Source: Thalia democratica (Eukaryota). Taken from it: a stretch of DNA of 64,000 nucleotides. A model generated the notes under the pieces. The model saw only the letters and a list, made by a program, of their open reading frames with translations, ran no database searches and was not told the origin of the DNA. The stretch's first letter is position 1; the number at the start of each line of letters is the position of its first letter. The stretch lies in assembly GCA_965202585.1 (NCBI GenBank), contig OZ241828.1, positions 24,490,001 through 24,554,000 on the forward strand. The letters run 5' to 3'. Shown here piece after piece: positions 1-10,757 of this stretch. The position numbers and the translations under genes were made by a program.

Positions 1-504
1 AAATCTATCATTTTTATTATAAACATTGGTTAGTTTTTGATCACTCAGGCTGGATTTTTTCGCTTTAGATTAGCAACTCTTACTTGACTACGCTTAACTA
101 CCAGTTTATCATGTACTAGATGAATCGATACTTATACAATACAACGAAGTTTTAAGAAATTTTAAAATTTACTTGTGCTTGCAACAACCTAAAATAGCTT
201 AAAAGATTAAATAGTTATTGTAGAAACGAGAAAATAGGTTCAATTTATTTATTTTGAAAAGTTGTAAAATAAACTTTTGAAACAATTAATTTCAAACATA
301 TTGAAGCAATTTTTGTATTTTTACCAAACGTTTTGGTCTAGTTTAAATAAAATGTATTTTAAGTATGTATTCTCAGACTAGTATTCTTAAAATAAACAGT
401 TTCAGCAGATCAGACTCAAACATATGTAGTATATAGATATATTAGGAATGTAGGGAAGCATTTATTACTGATGAGTATGTATTGAATATGTTACTATCCC
501 TCTC

Positions 505-628
505 GCTACAGAACCGACCGCAGCATTGTAGAAGCTATGATAAAAATATACAATAATAACAATATTAATAAATATTAAACTTTAATTTTACAGAACGGAC
601 AGAAACATTGTAAAAGCTGCAGCAATCA
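505..628 (+). repeat. Two intronic copies of the acceptor plus first codons of SLC28 exon 767
   Basis: acAG|A ACC GAC CGC AGC ATT GTA GAA GCT (from 512) and acAG|A ACG GAC AGA AAC ATT GTA AAA GCT GCA GCA (from 594) versus the real acAG|A ACG GAT AGG AAC ATA GTA GAA GCT GCT GCG. Confidence 0.85.
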
Positions 629-766
629 CGTCAAATCTCTTTAGTTAGGCAAACGTGTATAAAAAATAAAAGTAAAGTAAAAAACAAACTGTTTTATTAT
701 AGAATCAAGGTGATAAAGGATATGAAATGATAAGTAAATAGATTATCATACTTTGTTAATCAACAG

Positions 767-932
767 AACGGATAGGAACATAGTAGAAGCTGCTGCGATG
801 GGGGCATCGTGCTCCATCCCTCTAGTGGCCAACATCGCCGCCAACCTCATCGCCTTCGTGGCGGTCATCGCCGTCATTGATGACGTCATACTTCTGATGA
901 GCGGCTACGTGGGGTTGGAGATCAATTTCACC
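767..932 (+). CDS. SLC28A: SLC28/CNT concentrative nucleoside transporter, internal exon (upstream exons lie outside the window)
   Basis: Acceptor caacAG at 765-766, donor GTTAGT at 933. Translates TDRNIVEAAAMGASCSIPLVANIAANLIAFVAVIAVIDDVILLMSGYVGLEINFT, matching the CNT motif N(I/L)LEAAS.GA..SI.LVANIA.NLIAF. Ends in phase 0. Confidence 0.93.
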
Positions 933-1494
933 GTTAGTTTTTTTTTTTATTGAAAAATTTTTTTTAGTTTGTTAATTTTAAAACTTGATTAGAGGATTCG
1001 AATGTTGCAGGTTTTTATTCTTTTATTGATAAATAGTTTTTATTTGTCTACCTAATGTTTCTGTTTAGATATGTCGTCAAGGCTTTAATATCAATTTATC
1101 TTAAACAACAGGTAAGTATAAGATAAAAAGTTTTACAGAACTTATTAAGAATATAAAGTTTTGCATTCAATGTTTATTAGAAGGAATAAATAGTTTTATA
1201 AATTGAAGTACAACAATCAATTTAAAGATTATTTTTATAAAATTTTAAAGTACCTATGCAGATAGTGATTTGTGTAAGTAGCCCTCCTGGTATAAATATC
1301 ATGTAATAATAAATAAATTAGTAAGCAACGTAAGTAATAACATAAGAAGTAAACTTTAATTTTGAAAAAAAAATTATCAAAATATTTAGCTTCTTTTTGT
1401 ATGCTTATTCGTACCAACATTGTTGCTTATGGAAAATAAAATAGATCAAAATCGACCAAAATTATGATTAATCAAAGTATAAAATGTTCAACAG

Positions 1495-1677
1495 GACTTA
1501 TGCGGCTACCTGTTTGTTCCAGTAGCGTTTCTGATGGGAGTGCCAACCAAGGACTGCTTCGTTGTAGGCAAGTTGGTGGGTGTGAAAACGATGGTGAACG
1601 AATTCGTTGCATACGAACAGCTTGGAGAGTACGTGCTCAACAGGCAGAATTTGACGAGGGGTGGATACATCATGGCT
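1495..1677 (+). CDS. SLC28A: SLC28/CNT exon
   Basis: Acceptor caacAG at 1493-1494, donor GTGAGT at 1678, phase 0/0. Translates DLCGYLFVPVAFLMGVPTKDCFVVGKLVGVKTMVNEFVAYEQLGEYVLNRQNLTRGGYIMA (CNT motifs P.AFLMGVP..DC and NEFVAY). This is a different frame from track ORF 1464..1724. Confidence 0.93.
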
Positions 1678-1713
1678 GTGAGTTTGTTTGTGACGTAATA
1701 ATTAAGTTTATAG

Positions 1714-1833
1714 AGAGAATTTAACAAGGTTTGGATTTATCATGTCTGTTAGTTTGTTGTGACGTCATAATTAGATACATAAAATATGACGAGAGGTGCG
1801 TACATCATGGCTGTGAGTTTGTTTGTGACGTCA
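1714..1833 (+). repeat. Two intronic copies of the last codons plus donor of SLC28 exon 1495-1677
   Basis: GAG AAT TTA ACA AGG TTT GGA TTT ATC ATG TCT|GTTAGTTTGTTGTGACGT (1715-1765) and AAT ATG ACG AGA GGT GCG TAC ATC ATG GCT|GTGAGTTTGTTTGTGACGT (1783-1831) versus the real CAG AAT TTG ACG AGG GGT GGA TAC ATC ATG GCT|GTGAGTTTGTTTGTGACGT. Confidence 0.88.
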
Positions 1834-4358
1834 TAGTTTAATAAAATGGTTGGAATAAGTTTACAATAAAGCAGTGAAGGTTGATTGTAGCTAATTTAGT
1901 GAGTTTTTTAATAAAATTTATTGACTCTGGACATAATGAACATTACGTTAGATAGGGTATTTTTAAGGTTGTCATTCAGTTACAACGTGATAGCAACACA
2001 TATATATATTTTTTGAATTATCAAGCTATGTATTGTTTGCATTAATGAATTGTTGAGAAAAAAGTTTCAGAACAGGTTTAACTTTATACGAGGTGAGATT
2101 TATACGGGTTTAAGTTTTTTTTTTATTCTAACGAATAGCGTGAAAGTTATCTGTTATACACGTGAATAGTGTATTAATGTATTAATGATACTAAAAAACT
2201 GAGTTTAAAATTATGTATAAACAATTTTCACTCTTAAAAACGAGGGTTAAATAAAAGTTTAAGATGTATTATTGATAAAGAGAAAAGTTTATTATCAATC
2301 TAGTCCTTAGGTCTACTTACATAATAATAGTTTAAATAAAGTTAAACATGTTTACTCTTTATAAAACTTTCTTATTTGTTATGTAGTTCAAAATATGTTA
2401 TGTAAAGCCCTGAGTTTTGCTTCTATGTTTTTTTCATGATTCTGAAACAACAAATTAAATTGCGTATAAGATGCACTTGATATTAATAAAATTATGATAA
2501 AAAACATCACGTCAATATTGTCTAGTCAATGTTGTTTTATTGCAATAATAATATTTGTAACTGTTTTTTTTTTGTTTTATTAGATCTTTATTTAAATAAG
2601 TATTTAAGTTATATAACCTTATTTTAGTTTAAAGTTAGTGATTAAACCAAGCTATCTAGCAGTAGAATGATTATATAAAATTTTGTACTTTTTTTCATGG
2701 TTTACTTTAGAGGAAAATTATTTCATAGCATTATTGAAAAGCAAAATAAAAATTTTTTAGAGTATAAGTTTACAAAAAGCAGTATAAAACATTTTGAACT
2801 ATATCAAATGTCATTTTAGTTTATTTACTGAGTAATCTCAAATTTCATAAATTGCCAGTAAAGTATTTAGTTACTTTAATTTCAAGCATCATTAGTAAGA
2901 GTTCAATGAATAGTTAATTGTATTTTAAAACGTTTTGAGAAAAACAAAAAAAATACTTTGCTCAGACTTTAAGGAAATTTTTAGTTATAGTATGTCATTA
3001 TTTAATATAACAACTATATTATTTCTAAACATTAACTTGTTTTAAAAAAAAAAGTATGTTAAAATAAGCATAATGCGTATAGTTCTAAAAAGTGGTCAAT
3101 TTGAGGCTGGTGAATTTTTTTATAGACTTTAAAAAACTGTTCTAAATAAACTACATAAACCACAAAATTATACAATGTGATTTTTAAAATGTTTGTTCTT
3201 TATATTTCTAAGGGCATTGTACTACATGAATATGTTATTACAAGAGCAAAACTTGGTTGAAATACATTGTAGTATTTTGCAAAAAAAAATTTTAATGAAT
3301 TTTACTTGTTTAGTTTTTAAATATTGAAAAGTCTATAAAAATAATCAAAGATGTTTTCAAAATATAAACATTGATTTTTGTAACTCAGTTAAGAGTGAAA
3401 AGAAACTAAAGAACAAACTTTCACTCAGTTTAGAAAATACCCGATATACTCAATCAACAGTACTTTAGTATTTACTATTTCAAAACAAGACGTAATAGCT
3501 GTTAAATTAAATTAATTTGAAATGAGTAAAATTTCACAGTAGGTAATAAAACTTGCGTACAATGTTTTTTACATGAGAAGTGTTCAATAAAACTTAAGTG
3601 TTTTTAAACATTTTAAGTATAAATTGCGAGAGCTTCTAAATAGTTTTATTTTCTTTAAATTTGTAAAAAAATAGTTTCTCAATATAACACTTAGAAAGTT
3701 ATTTATATACTTTTATACACATTTTTTTTAAATTGTTTTCTAATCACCATGTATATACACAATGTCAAGGATTACTAAAATAAAAAAGAGTTCCAATACA
3801 TTAAAATAAAAGACTAAGTTTTGATAACTTAAACTTTACCAAACTATGTCATTAAGCAAACTTTTGATTTTTATAAAGTCCAAGCATTTGTCAAAATGAT
3901 AATAATTTAATTTGTTTATATTTTATCTTAAAAAGTAAAACTGAAACGTTCTTGGAGCCAAAAGATTTTTTAGTCCAAAGTTTATTTTAAACGTCTTTCA
4001 GTGATATGCATCCAAAAGTTATTACTTAAAGTTTTTTTTTTAACAAAATTTGCACAGTTTTTTTTTTAATTTCGAAAAAAAACAGGCGTCGAAAATATAC
4101 ATAATGCCTACAGTTTTATTATTTTAAAGCGTGTATGCATGTCAACAAATAATTAGGCACTTATTTACAATACATTGTTTATTTACATTTTAAGAAGTAA
4201 AAACAAATATGTTGAACACATAATAACTACTTAGTTACTTAACAATTTTGTTTTAAAGTAACTATTGTACGATAATATCAGTATACTTTATATGAACTTT
4301 ATTTATTTTACAAATGTAATAAATTTTTGAGAAATACTAACACATAAACTGATTACAG

Positions 4359-4440
4359 GAACGATCGGAAGCGATTGCAATTCACGCTTTGTGTGGATTC
4401 TGTAACATTGGGAGTATGGGAATCATTATTGGAGGACTTG
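4359..4440 (+). CDS. SLC28A: SLC28/CNT exon
   Basis: Acceptor ttacAG, donor GTTTGT, phase 0/1. Translates ERSEAIAIHALCGFCNIGSMGIIIGGL (CNT motif RSE.IATYALCGF.N.GS.GI.IGGL). Confidence 0.93.
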
Positions 4441-4833
4441 GTTTGTTTAATTTAAGTATAGTTGAAAAAATAGGAGTGTATTTAATGAACCCTGTTTAGT
4501 TTACTTGGTGTAAAGTTATTGCTTTTCAATAAACTTCTGAAGATCTTAAAGCATTCCTGCATAATCGTTTCATTTATTGGTTGTTAAGTATTAAATCTTT
4601 AACAAAAATTGGTAATGATTTTATGAACTAAAGTCACATAATACTGCAATAATAAATATGTAGTAAAAGAAATAAATAATGTATTTTTAAACATCAATAA
4701 TTAATAATTTACTAATTTATATATCAATATCATAATAATTTAAATCTGTAATAAAAGTAATAGTAATAGAAAATGTGTTTTAAACATCCATAATTGGTAA
4801 TTTACTAGTTTATAAAGTTATTTTATTTTTAAG

Positions 4834-4932
4834 GTGTCCTGATGCCAACAAAGAAGGAAGATCTGGCCAACAATGCGTTGAGAGCTCTTTTCGGAGCCAT
4901 GCTTTGCTGTTTTCTCACCGCTAGTGTCGCTG
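4834..4932 (+). CDS. SLC28A: SLC28/CNT exon
   Basis: Acceptor tttaAG, donor GTGAGT, phase 1/1. Translates (G)VLMPTKKEDLANNALRALFGAMLCCFLTASVA(G), the last CNT transmembrane helix (ALIAGTVACFMTACIAG-like). Confidence 0.92.
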
Positions 4933-4974
4933 GTGAGTTGTAAACTTTATTATTTACAAATAAAAATATTTTCT

Positions 4975-5019
4975 ATGCTCTGTTGCTTTTTAACCGCTAG
5001 TGTCGCTGGTGAGTTGTAA
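4975..5019 (+). repeat. Intronic copy of the last 11 codons plus donor of SLC28 exon 4834-4932
   Basis: ATG CTC TGT TGC TTT TTA ACC GCT AGT GTC GCT G|GTGAGTTGTAA versus the real ATG CTT TGC TGT TTT CTC ACC GCT AGT GTC GCT G|GTGAGTTGTAA (4899-4943); 76-bp period. Confidence 0.92.
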
Positions 5020-5290
5020 TGATTATAACTAAAACTGTTTTCGTTTGCGGTTTTCTATTAGTTTTGTAAAAAAAGTTGATTTTCAGCTATGTTAATAAAC
5101 GTTAACTTTTATAGGTTAGATGAAGTTTTAGCTCGAACTTTTCAATAGTTTTGACTGATTAGTTATTTTTTTAAGTTTTTTGAATGTTAATAATATTTTA
5201 ATTACTGTATTGTAGTACTTGCATTTTGATACTTAGAAAATTACTTTTATTTGTTGGGTAACTAACGTTGATTTAATTTTTATTTTACAG

Positions 5291-5433
5291 GTATGATGTA
5301 TAAACCTGCAGAAATTGTTGATTTTGTGGCGAACAACACAATGAACAATGCAACCATTATGACCAATATTTCGACCATTATGCCGAATATTTCGACCATT
5401 ATGCCGAATGTGACCACACCAGTAACACTGTGA
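5291..5433 (+). CDS. SLC28A: SLC28/CNT terminal exon with a short N-glycosylation-rich tail
   Basis: Acceptor ttacAG, phase 1 compatible with the previous exon. Translates (G)MMYKPAEIVDFVANNTMNNATIMTNISTIMPNISTIMPNVTTPVTL-stop (TGA 5431-5433); contains a 21-nt tandem repeat. Confidence 0.88.
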
Positions 5434-5442
5434 TCAACAACA

Positions 5443-5730
5443 CAATTGGTGTTTGAAATGGTTTGTTTTTTATTTGGATAACTATTTAACATTTTTGATA
5501 AATACTAGATTAACTAAGACAAAATTTAAATATCGAAACAAAGCTTATAAAATAGAATTTAACAATTTTGATTTTAATTCTATTTTTTTACCGGTGTTAC
5601 AACTGGTATTTGAAGTGGTCTGTTTTTTAATTGGGTATCATTTTTTCAATAAATATTAGATTAACTAACAAACTTTAAACAATTAATAAAAGCTGACAAG
5701 TTGAATTTAAAAAACATTTTACTGCCTCTA
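5443..5730. repeat. Degenerate tandem duplication of about 155 bp in the SLC28 3' flank
   Basis: The block caa.tggt.tttgaa.tggt.tgttttt...ataaata.tagattaactaa occurs twice (from about 5443 and about 5601). Confidence 0.6.
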
Positions 5731-7379
5731 AAGCAATATAATTAATATTAAAAAAAGTGTATGAAGCTGATAAGATTAAATTTCTATGTATTATATACAG
5801 AAAACAACAAAAATAATTTAATAGTCTCAAATTTGTGTATAATTACTTTTAAATGTTATAATAAATTTTCCTTTACACAAACTATAGGAAGAAAAATGGA
5901 TTTGCTGAAAATCTTAGGAAAATTATAACAACTAGTCACATTTTACCAACTAACACAATATTAGCTGCTTTGTATTTATATTATTATTTACCAAATATTT
6001 TAACAAATCGCTTAACCTAAAATTACAACTTTTTTGATAAACCCTACCGTTTTCATTAAATTATTACACAATCGATTCATTAAATTTAAGTTACACGTAT
6101 TCAAATTTTTATACACACACTAATCTATTTCACATATTTTATGATACTTTCACAGTGGATTATAATGATGCTTTAATTTTTTTTTCTACCTCTAAAAAAA
6201 TTAGGTTCACAACAGTTTTTAATCGTGTACTGAATATTGGTGTCTTTTGAGTTTTATTGGTTTTCTTACTTTTATGTAAAGTGATTAAATTTTTTATTGT
6301 TTTTAAATTAAATTAACGGCTTGCTTTTTCTTCAGATTATTTTCGATTTTGTTAATAAATTATAATGTCTTGTGAAACAAGTATTAGATATACTTTTATT
6401 AAACAAGAAATATAGCTTAGCTTTAATTTGGTTACTCTAGCTAGTCTAATTATATTAAGTTATTTAATAGATTTAGTCTTAAAAATTATGTTGTGGTACT
6501 GAGTAAACATTTTGTGATGTCTCGAAATGTAGTAGTATTTAAGTATTCTAGTTAAAATTGTTTTTTTTTTAATGTAAAGCATAAACACAAAAAGACTAGT
6601 TATGATACGACTTTTTAATAAAATACTGATCGGCCTGGTAAAATCAATTGCGTCAAAATTTGGCTAAGTATTCGTTGTTATCTTAACATTTAAGCAGATT
6701 AGTTGGTATCATGGAACTTAAAACCAGTCAGTAATAACTCAAACTACAAATATATATAAACTATATATATTTTTAGAATAACCTTAACTGTTCCGATTTT
6801 ACGACTCGATATCATTATTTTAACTTTATACTCATTAAATATAAGTAAAACTACGCTGATTGAATAAAATATAGTCATATCAAAACAACTATGCATTTGT
6901 CTCCAAGTAATTTCAAAAAGTCATATCTCTTAGTCAAAATAGCAATTGAGTTTAAAGTAGAAAGCGAAAGTTTTTTTAAAGGAGTAAAACATTATTTCAG
7001 CAAATTTTGAAACTTGAACTTCTTGTACAAAATTTAAAGTATGTAAAAAACAAATAGATTTATAGTTGTAAAGATTATTTATGTAATTTTATTAAGAAAC
7101 AACACAAAATAGTTTGTTACATAAGAGCAATATACTTGAACTTCTTCGTACAGAAGTTGACCAAGTGTTCCGAAATATAAGAAAATAATTTTTTAAAAAG
7201 TAGAAATAAATTAATATTATGATAATTCTTGCTAATTTTAATGAGAGTCAGAGAAGTATAGTGTTTGCCAAGAAATTAAAGTTACTTTCATTTTTTTTTT
7301 CATCGTAAACAGCTAACTTTTATAACCATAATTTTCCCGCCCACTAGAAGAGCGTCGCAAATATTGACAAAACCACTGT

Positions 7380-7850
7380 ATTCTATCTATGAAGGTCTTT
7401 TTAAAGTGAAAACACGTTAATTAGACTGTCATATACCGAGAATACTTCTGGTAAGCCTCTAAAAACAAAAAAAAATATTTTTGAATGCCACCGACTTGTG
7501 GCCATCTCTAATTTGCATAGTATTTGGCTCCTTAGGTCCTCAGGTCCAAAGGTTTCCCTCATGATCAAATACGTAACAAAAACTTATACTTCCAACTACC
7601 CCGTACACAACCGCTCTGTCTTGTGAAACCTTGCTGGCTGCCTTTCTTCTTACCCTTGTAGTTTTTCGCAATTGTTTTGTTTTGTCGTGCAAACTCCAAG
7701 CACGAGTCAACATTTTGCTCGTAAAACTACTTTCAAATCGCCATTTGTGTAGATTTTATCCTTAAGAGCGCAACGCTGAATGAACACCGATTAAATGGAA
7801 TCAGACCGACTCTTGTCGACTTGTTAGTTGTTGGAGTATACTTTGAAAAT
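7380..7850 (-). pseudogene. Kelch-repeat gene remnant K1 (downstream of family X copy A1)
   Basis: Homologous to 26173-26640. Minus-strand frames give DKIYTNG, DSCLEFARQN and RKAASKVSQDRAVVYG, with frameshifts and stops; Kelch blade pattern. Confidence 0.7.
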
Positions 7851-9329
7851 GTTGACAAATAGAATGATGTTAAAATACGGACAAAAAATTACAAAAGAAA
7901 TAAATCCGTGATACTTTGTATGAGAACTGTAATATAGTATGTATATTTTAAAAATTAGTCAAAATAGTCCATGAAATCCGTAAATATGAAAGTTAAACAA
8001 AGTTGATTAAAAAAAAATGATTTAAGTGAAATTGAAATGAAATAATTAAAAAAAGAATAGAAGATATATGAAGTAAGTAGCTGGATGACCGAAAAAAATT
8101 TTTATACGAAATATTTGAGCGTTAATATTTTTTGTGTCCAATAAACTAATAATGTAATAGAAATAAAAGAAAGTAGGGTACGAAGTTAAAAACATCAAAC
8201 AAGGTATAAAAAAAATTCTCTAACCTTAAGTTATCTAAGACTTTTTAACCTTTAATGCAATTAAGCTAAATTTCAATTAATTTAGCAAACTTTATGTTGT
8301 AAGTTTTCTTTATTAAAACTGTTGTGTTCACGATGCACATTATATTATACATAACTAGCAACTTATAAAAAATTCAAAATTTGTAAGAAAAACAAAAATT
8401 TAATTAAAAATTTAGTTATTTATATTAAGTAAAAAAATAAGTATAAAAGTTTTATTACTAAAATAAAACAGATATTTAGTATAAGTATGGTTTATTAACA
8501 AAGCGACGTATTGTTTTTTAAACTATGTATTTAGTTATTAGAAAGCATTTATATTTTTAAATGTTATATGGTTGAAAAATTAAAACGAGAACGCATATTC
8601 AAAACTGTGAAAATTGTCGTATTTGGAAAATTCACTTTTCTGTTAGAAGTTCGGCTGATTTCAAGTAGTTTTAAACTCTACATAAACAAAAAACATTTTT
8701 TTGGACACGTATTAGTCAGCTAAAATTTGTACTTTAAGATAAGTTTTACTAGAAAAATGCCAGCAACCAAAAAATTTAAACACTAGTTATTTTTTAATCG
8801 GTTTTGTGTACAAAGAAATAATAAAGTTTAACTATATAGTATTTATTTAGTTAATAGCGAATTTCAATAAATAACAAAGATGTTGAAAAAAAATCTTATT
8901 CAACATGCTTTTCATTATATACTAAAAAAAAAATATTTATCTTTTGTATTTTCATTCTATTAAGTCTTTATTTTATAAAATTATAAATGCCTTTTGATTA
9001 GAATAAGGAAAAAAAAAGCATTACTAGCATTTTAAAAAACAGTTTTACAAACTTAAAGTTAAAAAATATCTCAGTAAATTGTACCAATAAGACAAACAAT
9101 TTTTACCGACAATTTCACTTTGCAAAGTTAACATCAGATTTTATAACATAACACCAATGCACAACTTTAGACAAATTTAGTATAAACAGATTTGTATAAA
9201 TAAAACTCATATATACAAACTTTAATAATGAATTTTACTTTACGAAGACATAAATAAATTTATATCATAAAACAAATGTAGCTTTTATCAAAGTAAATCA
9301 AATTAACCTATCATAATTTATTTCAACAT

Positions 9330-10757
9330 CTAAAACCTAATCTTTTTACTTTTTAGGGGCTTGACATATTTCTTGAACTGGACTTTTTCTACATGCCTTT
9401 TCTTTTCATCACGGTTTTTACCTTGTTTAGTAATCGATTTATTTGGGAAGCAGCTCAATATTTCCAATCCATCAACACAAAAATCTACTTCATTTTTAGA
9501 AAATTTAGGTAAACTTCCTAAAAAATCATTAAAGTACCAACCCAGATGAAACGCTCCAGAAACACGAGATAACTTATTTGAAAATTCAAAAAAATACAAT
9601 TGAGCTTCACAGTAGTTCTTTTCTTCAAAATAAGTTAGAAAGTTTTTTACGTGTTTATACCATGTTCCCGACTTGAAACCGACATTCAACTCAATCGTTG
9701 GTGGGCTTTCAAAAAGTTTGTTGTTACTAAACAGCTCATCAAGTGATATAGAAATACATTTTTTGATACTTTTTAATAAATCAGAAAGAAATTTATACTC
9801 ATTTTGTTTAAAATTTAATGTTGTTGGCAAAAAAAAGTTTGCTTTTTTTCTATTGTTGATTCTATTTAATGATGTACCATATAGTTCATCATAAGTTAAA
9901 CTAAAAGGAAATGCTGACATAAAATTCATTTTTATCCCTTTAGATTCTCTGTTTGATAACTTAACTAAACAGTCTAAAAGATTTATAACATATAAAAACT
10001 TTTTAAAAAAACAGATTCTGTTTGAGCAACGTTCAGTTATTTTTGTTTTTTCAACAAAATATTTCTTGTTCTTAGTTGAGAACGAACGGACGCAATCATC
10101 GAAATATTTTTTAAGAATTTGGTTCACAGAGGTCATTGAGCTGAAGTGAATAGCAGTAAAGGACTTTTCAATTTCTACGTTGAGTACATCTGTGATTCCA
10201 TCACTTTTTAGTGTCTTTTAAAAAGCATGCTGGTTATTATAAGTATCTGTAATGTTTGTTGTACACCCTATCAAAATTGCAAAAGTTTTTTCTTTCCATT
10301 TAAAATTAACTTTTACTTCGTTTTTCAATGTTACATTATCTGAAGTTTTCAGCAGTTTTTGTCTATATATTTTTACTTGTATCTTCTTTTTAAACTTTTC
10401 TACCAAATACAACTTTTTCAAATGATATTTTTCTAGAAATTTTTTACTTTTGGTATTAAATGGGTATACATTTTTCTTATCTGCATATCTTTGTTTAATC
10501 AACTTTACAGATTCAATAGAAAACAAATGGACTTCAGCGTATCCTTTTGACTCAAGAAGCTCGTTTCTTTGAATTTCGACATCAATTATATTAGTGACAC
10601 CAATACTTTCAATTTTCTTCACAATTTCAAATTCACTTGAACCAGGGTCCAATCCACCAATGAAAAGCGAGTATTTGTTTCCATGGTAATCATACTTGAG
10701 AGACTTGTCCAAATAAGATTCTTCCGATTTCAAACTATCTTGAATATAAACCAGCAT
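9330..10757 (-). pseudogene. Family X copy A1 (RRM-RRM-unknown domain), one nonsense codon
   Basis: ATG at 10757 (MLVYIQDSL...). Track ORFs 10218..10757 and 9330..10136 are in one frame, separated only by TAA at 10218-10220 where copy A2 has AAA (HAF*KTLKSDG versus NAFKKTLKSDG). Confidence 0.85.

Noticed and set aside
1464-1727. Track ORFs 1464..1724 (+) and 1506..1727 (-), also 5280..5492 (-)
   Set aside because: Wrong-frame or antisense readings of SLC28 exons; the CNT frame is fixed by motifs and splice phases.
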